Below, piece after piece: positions 1 through 16,396 of a stretch of DNA of 54,914 nt. The stretch comes from Sarea resinae (Eukaryota). A model generated the notes under the pieces. It did no database searches, was not told where the DNA came from, and worked only from the letters and a program-made list of their open reading frames with translations. Positions within the stretch are counted from its first letter, which is position 1. Each line of letters starts with the position of its first letter. The stretch is taken from contig JAPEUD010000002.1 in assembly GCA_026026165.1 (NCBI GenBank), forward strand, positions 744,001 to 798,914. The letters are read 5' to 3'. A program made the translations under genes and the position numbers.

Positions 1-3000
1 GAGGTGCTGTTGGCCACCGGCGTGGTCGTGTCAGTGGATCCGCCCATGACGGCGATCATTTCGGTGGTCAGTTTGAAGGGCGCCCGCTCGAATTTGATCC
101 CGCCGGGGGAGATGTCGAAGCAGAATCCGAAGTCTGAGGGGCAAGTCGCGTTAGATGTAAGTCTGTGCATGTATCGGGACGAAGGAAAAAAAGGGGGTAC
201 AAACCAATGTGGAGGATGTGCCCGGCATCGTCGATCATGATGTTACCGTTATGACGGTCCTTGAATTGTAAGAGGTACGAAATGACCGAGTAAGCTGCCA
301 TACTCTTTACGAAGTTATTGCGCGCTTCCTGGAACCGGACCGAGTCTTCGCCACCGTATTTAGTGACAAAGTAGTCGTATAAACCATTGACAGCTTCACG
401 ACCCAACATATCACGAGATATGGAATTAGGGAGCACGTCGATGACGCCACAGCCTGGAGCCGTGGCCGTGACGCGGTACGGGTAAACGTATACATCTAGG
501 CCGACGTCGTTGAAGATGCCGCGGAAGGTGGCGATCATCTGGAGAGCGAGGACATCTTGGCGGCAATCGTCGCCGACTTTGAAGATGGCCGATTGCCAGA
601 CTTCGTACGTATGCTCAGCCGGTACCGAACCGCGCTGGTTGGTCTGTTCCACTAGCTCGTCTGTCCCTTCCAGATCACCCTTCTCTTTCCTGATTCTGAA
701 CGTCGCCATGTATGGAGCCTTGGCGTGACTCTGCAATGGCTTCCCGGATTTTCTGTCGATGCCAATCACGACACCATCAGGATTGCTCGGCAGATATACA
801 CCAACTTCGACTTGGATCTTTCGAAGTTCCTCCTCGATTTTCTGCTTCTTCTCCGGCTTGCTTCGTTTGATGAACGGCCGTAACTTGCCAGATATATCAG
901 TAATCTCATTGAAGAATGAGAACTCCCGTTCGTAGAAGACTTTGTCCGCTTCAGAAAAACTCTCGAGCAGGGCCTCCATGACTTTGTCTAGCGTGGGCTT
1001 GACAGGATCCGGCTGCTTAAGATTAGCATGGAACTGCACATTCTCTCTTCGAAACTTACGATCTGAGAGTCTTCATCCTTGTAGGCGTTGGCCTTCATGT
1101 TCCAGATGATTTGGTGCGCAAAAAGTTGTGAGAATTTAGCCGTCTCGATAATATACCGTTCCACGTAACCGAGGACATCGTAACGCAGCGTCTGAACGAT
1201 TTGCGGCACGTAAAAGAAAGTCACATCAACTGAGTGGCTTTCGAGCGCCCTCATGGCGTACTGTAAGATAAATGGGTGATTGCCGTACGCCGGTAAGAAG
1301 TATGTGACTGCAGTGATTGGATTGACCGGAGCCCAGTAGAGAAGATACTTTATATGTCAGAAAATATATAGAATGACCAACGTTGACTCTTACTTTCAGC
1401 TGAAATGATATATCGCTCGGGAGTGATGATCCGAAGAGGATCTGCAGGGCATCAGGTTCGCCTATCGCCTTTTCAGGGAAGTTGAGGAGCAGCCAGCGAA
1501 TGTCGTTGTTGAGCTTTGCGGAGTGGAATCTCGTGGTGAGGTTGATAGCTAATGACGGACTTTCCAACCATGCGATTTTCAAGTTTGCTGTTAAAGCAGC
1601 CTGAAAAAGGTTAGTCTGCGTCCCAGGGATTCTGGATATATTTACTCACGTCTGATGGGCTTTTGCTAGCATGACTTGGTGAGAAGAAATAACCGTGTTC
1701 GCTTTCAGTGGGAAACAACCACACGCTCAGCCGTGATCTCTCATTCTGAAGGAGCATGAGCAGAAGATCCTGCTTGCCCGACAATGGCTTGAGCGATCCG
1801 ACAGGTTTGGATCCAACAGATTCAACGTCTTTTATTGCAGCTTCAGCATCCGCCAAAAGCTGGGTTTCGGCCTTCAACTGCAGACGGTTGCCGCCAAACG
1901 ACCACCTGAAAAAGGTCAGTTGTTGCAGAGAGCGGGGCGGCGGAATAGAATACCTTGGGGGATGAAAGAACCACTTCAAACCAGCAGAAAGTATCTGATC
2001 CTTTAATTTCCATTGTTCGGCGACTTCTAATCCGGTGCTATATTCCAAAATCTCGAGACTGAAGAGCAGTACTTGCAGATGAACCTCTCTGGCCAGAGGA
2101 TGATCAGTGATGTTTTTCACACCATCTAATGTAATCCGGATCAAATGGTGAAAGATCCTCTGTGTGTGAGCGTTAACATGTAGCGTGGCACTGAAATGGC
2201 TTGCTAAAAAGCGAAGGACTCGGAAATGTGGTGCAATGAGATTCTGAATCTGTCTCTGTCGGGTGGCTAATGTTTCCTTACTGGAAGGCGCATACTCCTC
2301 CTTGATGTAGAATGGATCCAAATGACTTGAAAAACAGTCAGAACGTTTCTAACATTGGAATAGTATACTGCTCACCGGATATTACTGTTGAATATACCCA
2401 TCTTCTTGCGAACGGTCATCTCCCAGTTTGAAGCGATTTCCGATAGGAACCTTGGCTGCATACGAGGATTTTCGTTGATGACGCCTGTCCAAAGGGATAT
2501 ACCAAGACTGATGGATTGCTTGGTAAAAACTTGGAATGGTATACCAACGAGACGTTGAACAATAGCGCACTGATCGTGTACACTGCCACAAAGCAGAGCA
2601 GCAGCCCTGCGTAAAACATCACGAAGTTCGCCGATAGAGACAAGCTTGTGATTGAGCGTCCGCTCCTCTATACGTATAAGTGCTGCGAGAGCGTCCCCAA
2701 ATATTCGCGAAGATTCTTGAGGTTGTTGTTCTACACCTTTAAATGAGTCAGTCACAAGATCGCAACAGCGAAAGCTGGACTGCTCACCATCCGGATCGGG
2801 TTTCAGCCATTCGATTTCATTGTTGGGTAAATTCTCGGCATATCGGTATTCTTGCCGAATCGTGTACTGAGTGACAAAGTCGGACGCTGTGTCAACTTTG
2901 CAATCTCCATGAGATTCCATAGCCCCTGATCACATTAGTGTAATGCACTATTTTAGACTGAGCTCAATCGTACCTAGCCGTCGATCTGTCGTCGGAATGA

Positions 3001-6000
3001 TAGATCCCATTTCTAGAGCGAGCGATCTGCCTAACGCCACATGGCCATAGTCTCCGTCGTCATCGTACTCTGAGAGGTAACTCTGGAAACAACAGGTAAG
3101 CATTCGTTCCTCTGTGCGTAGATAATCTCACCCACTTGAAGCAACCCTTTGACGTCGAGAGGAGCAATGTTCAAAGCTCCCATAAGCCATGCTCTGGCGT
3201 GCTTGTAAAGGTTGTTGAAGGTCGATCTCCTGAGGGCAAAATTGTCGGATAGCTCCACCGTTACTCCTCCCCTCTTAGACGTAAATGTAGATTTCCATTC
3301 GTATTCGTCCGTTTCGGCCTCAAGGCAGCTAGTCCACATTATGGTGAGGAGCTCCAACAGTGCAAATATGGACGACTTCTGACAGAGAGCAGAAGGCATC
3401 GCGGTGATAATGCGTCCCGCACAGGATATGGCCACTTGCTGAACTCTTTCAATACGATGACAGCATCCCGTAAACAGTTCCGCAAGCTGCTTAGCAACAT
3501 GCGGGGCAGAGAACCCCTGGTCATTGCCTGAAAGCGCTCTGTCAAGATATGTTCGGACTACTCTCTCAGCTATAGCCACCATGCAATTACCCATCTCGCC
3601 ACTTTTAAGACTCGGGTCGAGGAAGTAGGTGAGCACTTTTGTGCAATCACCCGAACTTGCACGTAGTGTCTCAACTAACAATGCAGCTCTTAGAAATATG
3701 GCCTCAGGATAGCTTAAACCTCGAATGTATGACTCGCATTTCGGCAGCATGGCGATGAGATGTTTTTTTTGCTCTGCTGTATGCTGTGGACTTAGCCCTC
3801 GTCTAAGGACAGTGTTGAGTTCGACATCACTTTCGAGTTGGTCCGTCCGTTCCTCGGCGATCAGAGGTAGAGAGTGTTTAGCAAGACGCCTGAGATCGTC
3901 CATATGCTGTTTGCCGAGGTCCGAAGTGAGAGTAAAACCGTGCACAACAATATTGAACCAAGCTTCACGGAACAAGGGCCAAACACCACTGACAGAAGAC
4001 AGCCTCTCAGCAAGGTCACTGTTCGAAACCAATATCGCGAGTGGCTGTAGTATCTGGGCAATTTCTTGCGCGGCAATCTCGGCTTCTTCTAGGCGATTGT
4101 TGCCACTCCGATGTACTTCACCTTTGCTAACGATAGCTTCTAGTAAATTATATAAGTATGGCTCAAAAAGGGGCATATCTGTGTTGAGTGCCTTTGACAG
4201 AGAATTTCTTGCATTTCTGACCTACTTAGGGTCAGCATAGATTACCAACTTAGGATCCTCAGAGATAATCAACTTACAGCGTTCAAGATAAGCGCATTAT
4301 CGTGCGCAACACCATCATGGCTCAATTTTGAGAAAAGTTTGAGCAAAGAGCGGAATTCTAACGGGCCCCCCTTAACAGCAAGTTGAGCTGCCTCAGCAAT
4401 AATCCTAGCATCGACTGATAAGTTGACTTTGCCGATCTTCTGAATGAGCATTGACTGCGCTAAAGCAATGATTTTATCGTCTTTGCAGATAATCGCGATA
4501 TGAACGATAGCTTGTACGACGTTTCCATAAACCAAGGAGGTTTCTTCTTCGCCGCTGAGCTCGAGTGAAATGGCACTGCCGTTCTTCTCGTTATATGTAT
4601 TCTGGGGCTGATTTGTCTTCGGACTTCCCGTCGAAATCGCGGAGTTCCCAAGGGTCCTCTCAGCGCTACTTCCCGAAGAAAGTACATTTCCAAGGGAATA
4701 GAGGGTGGTAATGACAGCATCTTGAGAGAGAAGCTGAAGGATGTAGGCGAGACAGTCTGAGGCTAAAGTCACTGTTTGACCTCTAGGACCCCCTTGCACG
4801 ATGAACCTTGGCAAAGATCGACTGGCCGTTACAGCAATAGTGGGCGTAAGTCTAGCCAGGATAGCCATACACCTAAGGGAGACACTTGCTAGCATTTCAT
4901 CGCCCATCTGGATTGGATCGGCCATGGTATCTTCTAGCCATGACAAAAGCACTTCAGAAGCAGCAATTTCCTCGTTTATGACAAGGCAATTCAAAAAACA
5001 TGTCAATGCACATGCTTTGACGGCAAAGGCTAGCCGTTGTTGCCAGGCAGAGCTGAGCTGGAGGTAGTCTGCACCATCTTCTAAAAGTTGCATAGCCTCA
5101 GCAGCATTATCTGTGAAAGTTTCAATCACACTGTCTTCGATTTCTGGATTTTCTGTCGTTATAGGCCCTTTCCTTAACATTAGAATGTCTAGGACATCGT
5201 GTTCCTTGAGAGACTGAGGTTCTGCAACCAGTAAGGACGTGCAGGAGACCATGAACTTCATGAATCCTTGCTGTAAGATCATAGCCCCGAGGGGCCGACC
5301 CAGCGCAGCGTAATGTTTAGCATAGCGCTTCCATTCTTTCAGACCGGAGTCCGGCGAATGCGAGTTTCGAGCGGTGGAAAATGCAGTCTCAACAGAAATT
5401 AGAAAGTCTTCGGAGAGAATCTGACGCAAAAGCCCCAGCACGAACATCCTCTCGGTGGCAGTCCAGAAATTAGCATGCATAGCGGCAGCATCCACAAAAC
5501 CGAGGATCGAAACCGTGAGGATTGCAATCTCGGTCGTTTCCCTCTCACTGACAAAGCCATCTGGTTCCTCGCCATCATCTCCCGCTGATGGGGCTGCCTT
5601 TGCGATTCGGCAACATCGGTCTAAGAAGCCAGTCATAGCATCTATAGATGTTTCCCGAAGGGATGGGTGGCTGAGTCCAATTGACAGCACCGCAGAAGTT
5701 AAATTGTACGAGAGAGCTTGCCATGGTGACGGGTCGATTTCGCGGAGGAATGGCGAGGGCAAAAGAGCCTGGGCAGGCGCTTCGAGGAGATATGGAGCCA
5801 GCTGTAAGAGCAGTCTCTCAGCCTTCTCGACCGTCTGTAAGTTTGGAGCAGCCTGACACAAAGCGAGGAGGACGTCTAGCTCTTGCAGACCCTAGGAGTG
5901 GTATTAGCTACAGCTTGCAAAGACCACCAGATTGATGGAGAGCATCTGCATTTCATTCTTACCATGGGCACCCGAGACGTCCATAATTGCTCCTTTGGTC

Positions 6001-6271
6001 CACCATTAGGTCCACCATTAGGTCCACCGTTCGGTACACCAATAGGGCCGCCATTTTGAGAACTGTGCGGGCGATCCTTCTCTGGAGAGCATATGCCGCT
6101 CAGTTTCTCGAGATCTGAGCGTTCAAAAGGAACTGGCTGTGATGATGATAAGATGGCAATCTTCTGCAGCGCTATGCGTCTGATGTCCCGTGAGGAGCTG
6201 ATTATGATCGGCTCGTTAGCTTTTGAAAGCAAGACAGAGAGCGGCCTGATTCTGTGAACCTACTTTCCCAT
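1..6271 (-). CDS. STT4: Phosphatidylinositol 4-kinase type III alpha (Stt4); about 11 introns; 3' end runs off the window
   Basis: ATG at 6271 (ATG GGA AA|GTAGGT..GCTAAC..CAG|C TCC gives MGNSSRDIRRIALQK). The minus-strand ORFs join into a ~1900 aa protein with a PIK helical region (FFYVPQIVQTLRYD) and kinase motifs PLQSHAKAP, IFKVGDDCRQD, FKDRHNGNIM and HID/FG (split by intron ~134-203). Confidence 0.95.
5997..6032 (-). repeat. 12-nt coding tandem repeat (PNGG)x3 in the Stt4 N-terminus
   Basis: ggtccaccatta units on the + strand; the protein reads VPNGGPNGGPNGGPK. Confidence 0.8.
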
Positions 6272-7158
6272 GATGCTGGATGGCTGGCAGCTTTCCCGTT
6301 TCGTCCACGCGGCTCAGAGGAGCTCAGCCTCCGTACAGAATAGTCAGGAGAATCGAGGCGCAGGCACAGCAACCAAGAGGGCCACCTGGGGTGTATTGTT
6401 TTGACGCTCACTTGAAGCTCTAATTACGACCTTACCGCGACACCTTAGACGCGGCTCCGGCGAGTACTCCGGTGTAGCTCGCGGGATCTGCCGTTATCTG
6501 TCAGCGGCCTCCAGGCACTACTTCAGGTCAGAAGAGTCAGGCAGGTACATCGTACTAGGAGGTACGGAGGTAGGCACGGAGGTTCGCCGCAACACATAGG
6601 TACCTACCTGCCTTGGGTACCTAGGAAATCCCATCAAAACGGGGGGATGGCACCGCCCGAGTATATCTCTGTACAGAGTACTCCAGACTCACCCTCCCGG
6701 CTTGTCCTCGGTCGCTTGTCTTGCGCCCGTGCGTAGGTATCTACTCGGTAGCCAGTACAAAGCAGCCTAAGCTGTGCGTCTCGATCGAGGAGACGTCGAT
6801 ACATCGAATTGGGCTTCCGATCTCCAGCTGCTCTGCTCCGCTCCACTCCACTCCAACTACCTACATAGTACTGTTGCTCTCCCTGTATTATCGCCAGCGA
6901 CTGCGATCGCCTTGCTCCTCTCTGCTATTCTCATACCTGACCTAGCCTTCCCAATCGTTTCTCATCTGTTCCCTCCCCCCTCTGAGCATCACGATCGTAT
7001 TAGAACATCTTCTTGTCTTATATATAAACATATTATCTTGGGTTGCAGTCATTGGAGCACGTCCCTTCTAGATCAGTCATATAATTGGCAAGCCCCCTCC
7101 CGAGTCATCTTGCCAGCTTCTGTCCGGACTTCATCGCCATCAGCAATTGCATTTCCAT

Positions 7159-9471
<2,313 letters not shown>

Positions 9472-10832
9472 TGTGTATATGACTTGAGGCATCTCACATG
9501 ATTGTTACCATGTACAAGTGCGATATTCTGTATGTTGGGTATGATCCGGATTAGGATCAGGAGGACTGGAGCAGAACTCTGGTTTGGTGGCGGGGGCGCC
9601 TCTCTTCTGCTTGCACATACTCCGGAGTACTCACCTTAGTGTACCGCGTAGGATAGACAAGGGATCGGATCAAGCTCGGGTGGATTGAAATCAGGCGCTC
9701 GTCATTCGCCAAAGGCTCTTAGTGCTCACGAGCACGGAGGATTCCGTAGATAGAGCAGGGCAGTCCGTCCTTGGTAGTCGATGATCAGATAATAATGTCG
9801 ACGGCGTCAAGCTTCAGCCAGCCATCAGCCATCTGCACCGACCAGAAGGCGGTCAAGAGCGACGTGCACAGGCTACGGCGTACTCCATACTTGCCTGCTG
9901 GAGACTAGAGGACGCAGTACAACATCATGGAACAGTCTACCCCGTACCGGGCACGCATACCATCCTCTTGACTTGCAATGGCAGTCTAGAAGGAAGATGC
10001 AGTAGTGATGAGCACCGGCCAGGAGATGCCTGTTGGCCGATGAGTAATGGAATCCGCTTGACGGATGCGAAGAGGCCAAAGAAGGCGACGAGAGGAATGA
10101 TGATGGCGATGATGATGGGGTTGACAATGGTGATAATGATCCCGAGGTCGCATGCAGGGTCTCTCTGAAGCTTGAAGGCGTACGCGGCGTGAAAGGCGGA
10201 GCAACGAGCTGGAGGGTTCCCCTAGTCGATCTCCTCTCGATGGCCCATCCATCCTCGCTTTGGGGAAGATTCTTGATGGGGAAGCATTGGGGATCAAGGG
10301 AGCAACCAGGGCGACGAGTGAGCTGACTTTGGGATACTTCGTACGTTCGGTGAGCCGTGGTGGTGCGAGCCGGATCAGAAGGAACCGTCGAGCGCGGCCG
10401 GTACTTGCCCCGCCGCGCAAGACACCACCTAGCGTCGAGTACCGCTGAAGTCCCCGCGACGACGGATGATCGTACTATCGCGCGCGACCACGCTCGACTA
10501 TCCTGCACTGAGACTTGGTTGGGGGAAAGTCGCGTGCGGTACTCGCTCGCCCTGTGGCCACCGACGAGGTACCCGACGCGGTACGGGCTCAGGTACTCGG
10601 CAGTGATAGGACATCGCTCGCTTCTCTCAGGTACCAGCACCCTGCCGGACGTCGAAAAGTCCCAAGCGATTGATTGTTCGGTGGAGCATTCTTCCATTCC
10701 TTCCAGACGTACTTCCAGGTTCGTGCTGCAGTAGGTCGTCGTCGCACGCAGTGGCATCAACATCCACACTTTCTCTCAACAGACAGCTAGACCCTGAAGG
10801 AGATCCCTCTCATCACCACCCTCATCCCCTCG

Positions 10833-10834
<2 letters not shown>

Positions 10835-10864
<30 letters not shown>

Positions 10865-11007
10865 CCTCTTCCTTCCCCCTCCTCTCCTCTCCTCATCTCG
10901 ATCTCGATCTCCACCCTTCTCCTTCATCTTCACCTCTTCCGTCACTTCACTTCTCCTCTCCTCTCCTCTCCACCCACTCTCTTTCTCATCCTCGCTCTTC
11001 TTCTCCC
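10835..11007 (+). repeat. (CTT)~10 microsatellite and pyrimidine-rich tract upstream of CYP51 (CT-box-like core promoter)
   Basis: cttcttctt run at 10835-10864 followed by C/T-rich sequence, ending ~130 nt before the ATG. Confidence 0.75.
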
Positions 11008-11139
11008 ATCACGACGTGATACCAAAGGATCTCTATCAATACCTCCACATTGGGGCTCCATATCTCGCTCTGGAAAATCAGCTCGCATTAGCACACCGCC
11101 ACACTCTCTCACCGTCGTTTTTCACGACAAAACAACAGC

Positions 11140-12886
<1,747 letters not shown>

Positions 12887-13254
12887 ATATAGATGTTCAA
12901 GATGTAGAAAGAAAACATAGACGGCGGCGGCTGGACAGGCCAGTCAGTGGCTCAGAGGATGGGATCGATGGATCGATGGGGCTCATGAGGGCAAGGAAGG
13001 CAGAGCTGCTCAGCAGTTGGGCAACGACGGGCTTCGCTTCCAAAGGGGTTTCTTGTTCGGTTTTTTTCTCTTTTACATTTACCTATCTCTTTTAAATACT
13101 CTCTCCTTTTCCTCGGAGCCATCAACACATTAACACATCAACACCATCATCAACACCATCATCTTCATCTTCGTCATCTTTAGATCGAGCATGTGCATCT
13201 AGCATATAGCATCTACCTTGCAGGCAAAGGCTACGCTATACTACACTGCACCAT

Positions 13255-13915
13255 ACTACCTTGCATCATGCTTGCTTGATTACACGCTTCTTGCTTGCTG
13301 GCTAGCTTGTTTGCTTGCCTGCTTGCATGCATACATGGCTGAGTCCGGCTCCACTGTACTCCGTATATTGGATTCCAGGTCCTTCTGGCTTAGGCTGGCT
13401 TGGCTTGGCTTGGTTAGTAGTCAAGGTAGCCCGAGGTAGATGAGGTAGATGAGGTAGATGGCCTGCCCGTCATACCTGTCATACCCGTCATACCAGCCAC
13501 CGTCCATCATGCTTGTCATGCTCCCCAGTTAGCCAGCCACAGTTATTCAACCCCGCCCAGTCAAGTCGGTCATTCAGTCGACTCAGTCGAGTAGTTCATC
13601 AGTCAGTCAGTCAATCAGTCAACTCAGTCGAGTAGTTCATCACTCACTCAGTCAGTCGGGTAGTCAGCGATGATGATAGAGAGACAGACAAACACGTAGA
13701 CATACAGATAGAGGCACAGATGGACCAGATGGAGAGAGATCGATCGAATGGATAGAGAGAAGAGATAGATAGACAGAATGAAGAGACAGATTGATAGAAT
13801 GAAGAGACAGATTGACCCGGGTCCCGCGGGCTTTGGATATGTTGCCTACATTCATGCATACATAGATACATCCATGTAGAAGAATTTGATAGATATAGAG
13901 GATATAGAGAGAGAA
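13255..13915. repeat. Compound simple-sequence-repeat block between the convergent CYP51 and DGA1 genes
   Basis: (TGCT)n, (GGCTT)n, (GAGGTAGAT)3, (AGTC)n, a duplicated ACTCAGTCGAGTAGTTCATCA (13581, 13622), a duplicated AGAATGAAGAGACAGATTGA, and GA-rich runs. Confidence 0.8.
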
Positions 13916-14243
13916 AAACATTCCTATTCAGATTCATAGTCGTGCTATCGGTTGTGTATGATCTGCGACTATCATGCGTGGTCGGTCGTCCACTGTTGAT
14001 CCTGTCCTGTTGTCTGTGTCCGTGTCTGTCCGTCCTGTTCGTGTCTGTCCGTGTCTATATCTTGAAAGGTGGTTGTCTCGCTGTCTTCCTCCCTCTCTCC
14101 ACATAACTCATGCATCATTCGTCACCTGCTTGCTTGCATTGCTGTATTGCTATACTATACACGTGCCTATCTACTTATCGAAGAATGGTTCAATGCCTCG
14201 TCGACTCCCGCGGCCCCCGCCGCCGCCGCCCTAAGGTTGGAGA

Positions 14244-15922
14244 TTACTCGACAACGACCAGATCCTCCTTTCGGGCCGGCGCAAACTCGTCCTTCCACTG
14301 ATCCCACAGCCGCTTCAGCTCGTCGACATAGCGGGCATGGATCTCCTCGACGTACTTCTCATCGAGCTTGCCGCCGTCGCGGCCCTGCTGGTTGACCATG
14401 ATGGGGCGGCCGACGACGACATTGACGGGGCGGCGGTACGGCATCATGCCGACGTCGTAGTTGAAGACGCCGCGGGCGTGGAACAGCGGCACGGTGAAGC
14501 CGAGCAGCTTCTTGACCAGCAGCTGCGCCTTGTGCACGAGCGGGAGCTGGCTGGCGCCCAGCTGGTCGTAGAGGTCGTTTTCGCCGAAGCCGAGCACCGG
14601 CACGAGGTCGGCCCCCGTGCGGATCGCCAGCTTGACGAAGCCCAGCCGCCGCCCGAGCACGAGCCGGAGCGTGCCCGGGTGCGCGTCGAGCGATTCGCGC
14701 GCTCCGCCCACCACGATCGTGATCGCTCGGCCCATGCCTTCGTTGTTGGGCCCACCGCGCGAGAGGAGGTTCTCGCAAGACTCGCGCGACACCGAGGCAA
14801 TGCCCATGAGGAGGGCGTAGTCGCGGTAGAGCGGGATGCGGAAGTTGGAGTCGAGCGTGAGGAGGGTGTTGGTGAGGCCGGGGAAGAGGGTGGAGAAGCC
14901 TAGGGCTTCGGTCGCGAAGGCTGCGAAGACGCTGTTGGTTTGGGTGGTGTCAGATTTGAAAAGAGATCGAAGGCGGAGGAAGAGCTTACCCTAGAGATAT
15001 GATGCCGTGGGGATGATATCCGAAGATGTATTTGCGCGTCGGCGGCAGTTCCTGGCTTCGGTGCAGGCGCGCCGGGAAATACGAGGCGAAGAGCGACCAG
15101 ATCGGGGCTCGACGGAGCCATTCCGAGCGGTGCGAGAGAGTGCCCGACGTCCCGGCATTGGAGAAGAGGACGTAGACTAGATAGGGCAGAAGGACGGGCC
15201 AGAAGAGCGGGATGGCGCAGAGGAAGAAGAAGAGCGTCAGGAGGGAGACGATGGAGAGGATATGAAGGAGGACGACGAAGGTTTGGAGGCGGCGTTTGAG
15301 GGGAATGTTCAGCGGTGCCCAACGAAGGCTGTATTTGCCGCTTGTTAGCAATGACGAGGAGAGATGGAAACGAAAAATCGACTTGCCCGCTATTGTCCCA
15401 TCCTGCGCCCGCCCGTCGACCGCTGACGAGGGTGCCGCGCGGCTGTCCCGCCTTCGCTTTTCTTTCCTCCTTGGTGGCATCATCGGCTTCCTCCTCCTTC
15501 TCGGCCTGCTGGAGCTCTTTCTCGTAGCCAGGACGGTCAAGACTCGTCAGATGTGCACGGTCACCGTTGCTGCTGCCGTTGTTCTCCTCGACCACCTCTG
15601 CATACGTCGGTTTCTCTTCGTTCTTGCCGTCGACCGGCTTCTTCAGTCCATTGGCGACTTCGGCCATCGAGCTGCCCCGCCGATGATGCGACTGCGACAT
15701 TGATCCATCGCGCCGGTGTGGCTTGCGCGTTGGGCTTCTCGGCGTGTCGTCCTCGCCCTCGCCCGTGTAGGTAAAGGGTCCGGCGTCTTTGAGGTCGTCG
15801 TTGATTTCCGTCTCGACGGCTTGGGCGTAGGACTTGGGCGTCAGGTCATTGGCGATGCGCTCCTGGGGGTCTGAGGGTTCGTCGTTGAGAGGGGCGGACG
15901 AGGGTGCGACCTGAGAGGGCAT
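14244..15922 (-). CDS. DGA1: Diacylglycerol O-acyltransferase (DGAT2 family); 2 introns
   Basis: RWAPLNIPLKRRLQT, YFP, GYHPHGII, GGARESL, RLGFVKLA, FGEND motifs. Introns 15329-15386 (GC-AG) and 14932-14989. Confidence 0.95.
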
Positions 15923-16260
15923 TTTGTGAGGTCGGATGGCGGTGGGTGGTTTGGGCCCAGACCGGATTCGGGGGCGAGGGGGAACAGGGAAGTAAATTCG
16001 TTTCTCGTGAGTTTTGGAGCAGCTGGTCAATTGAGGCTGAAGGAGTGACAGAGTCAAGAGAAGAGGGAGAGAGTGGAGATTGACGTGAGAAGAGTTGAAG
16101 AGTGAAGCATTGAGGTTTCGAAGCTGAGATGCAGGATCCAAGATCAGAGATCAGACCAGGTCGGGCGTGTTGGTACCGTTTCGGAAGTTGAACGGGACAT
16201 GACATGCACAACACACAGTCAGCCGATGACGTTGCCCAGCCGAGCCGATCTCCTTCAACT

Positions 16261-16350
16261 TCATCATCTTCATCATCTTCATCATCTTCATCATCTTCAT
16301 CTTCGCTCACCACAACACAGAGATGGCATCGCCATCATCATCATCATCAT
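16261..16350. repeat. (TCATCATCT)4 and (CAT)n microsatellites in the DGA1/STK19 divergent intergenic region
   Basis: Directly visible tandem repeats. Confidence 0.85.
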
Positions 16351-16396
16351 CTCCTCCTGACTCAACACCACATTATATATCTCCATCATAACAGCC

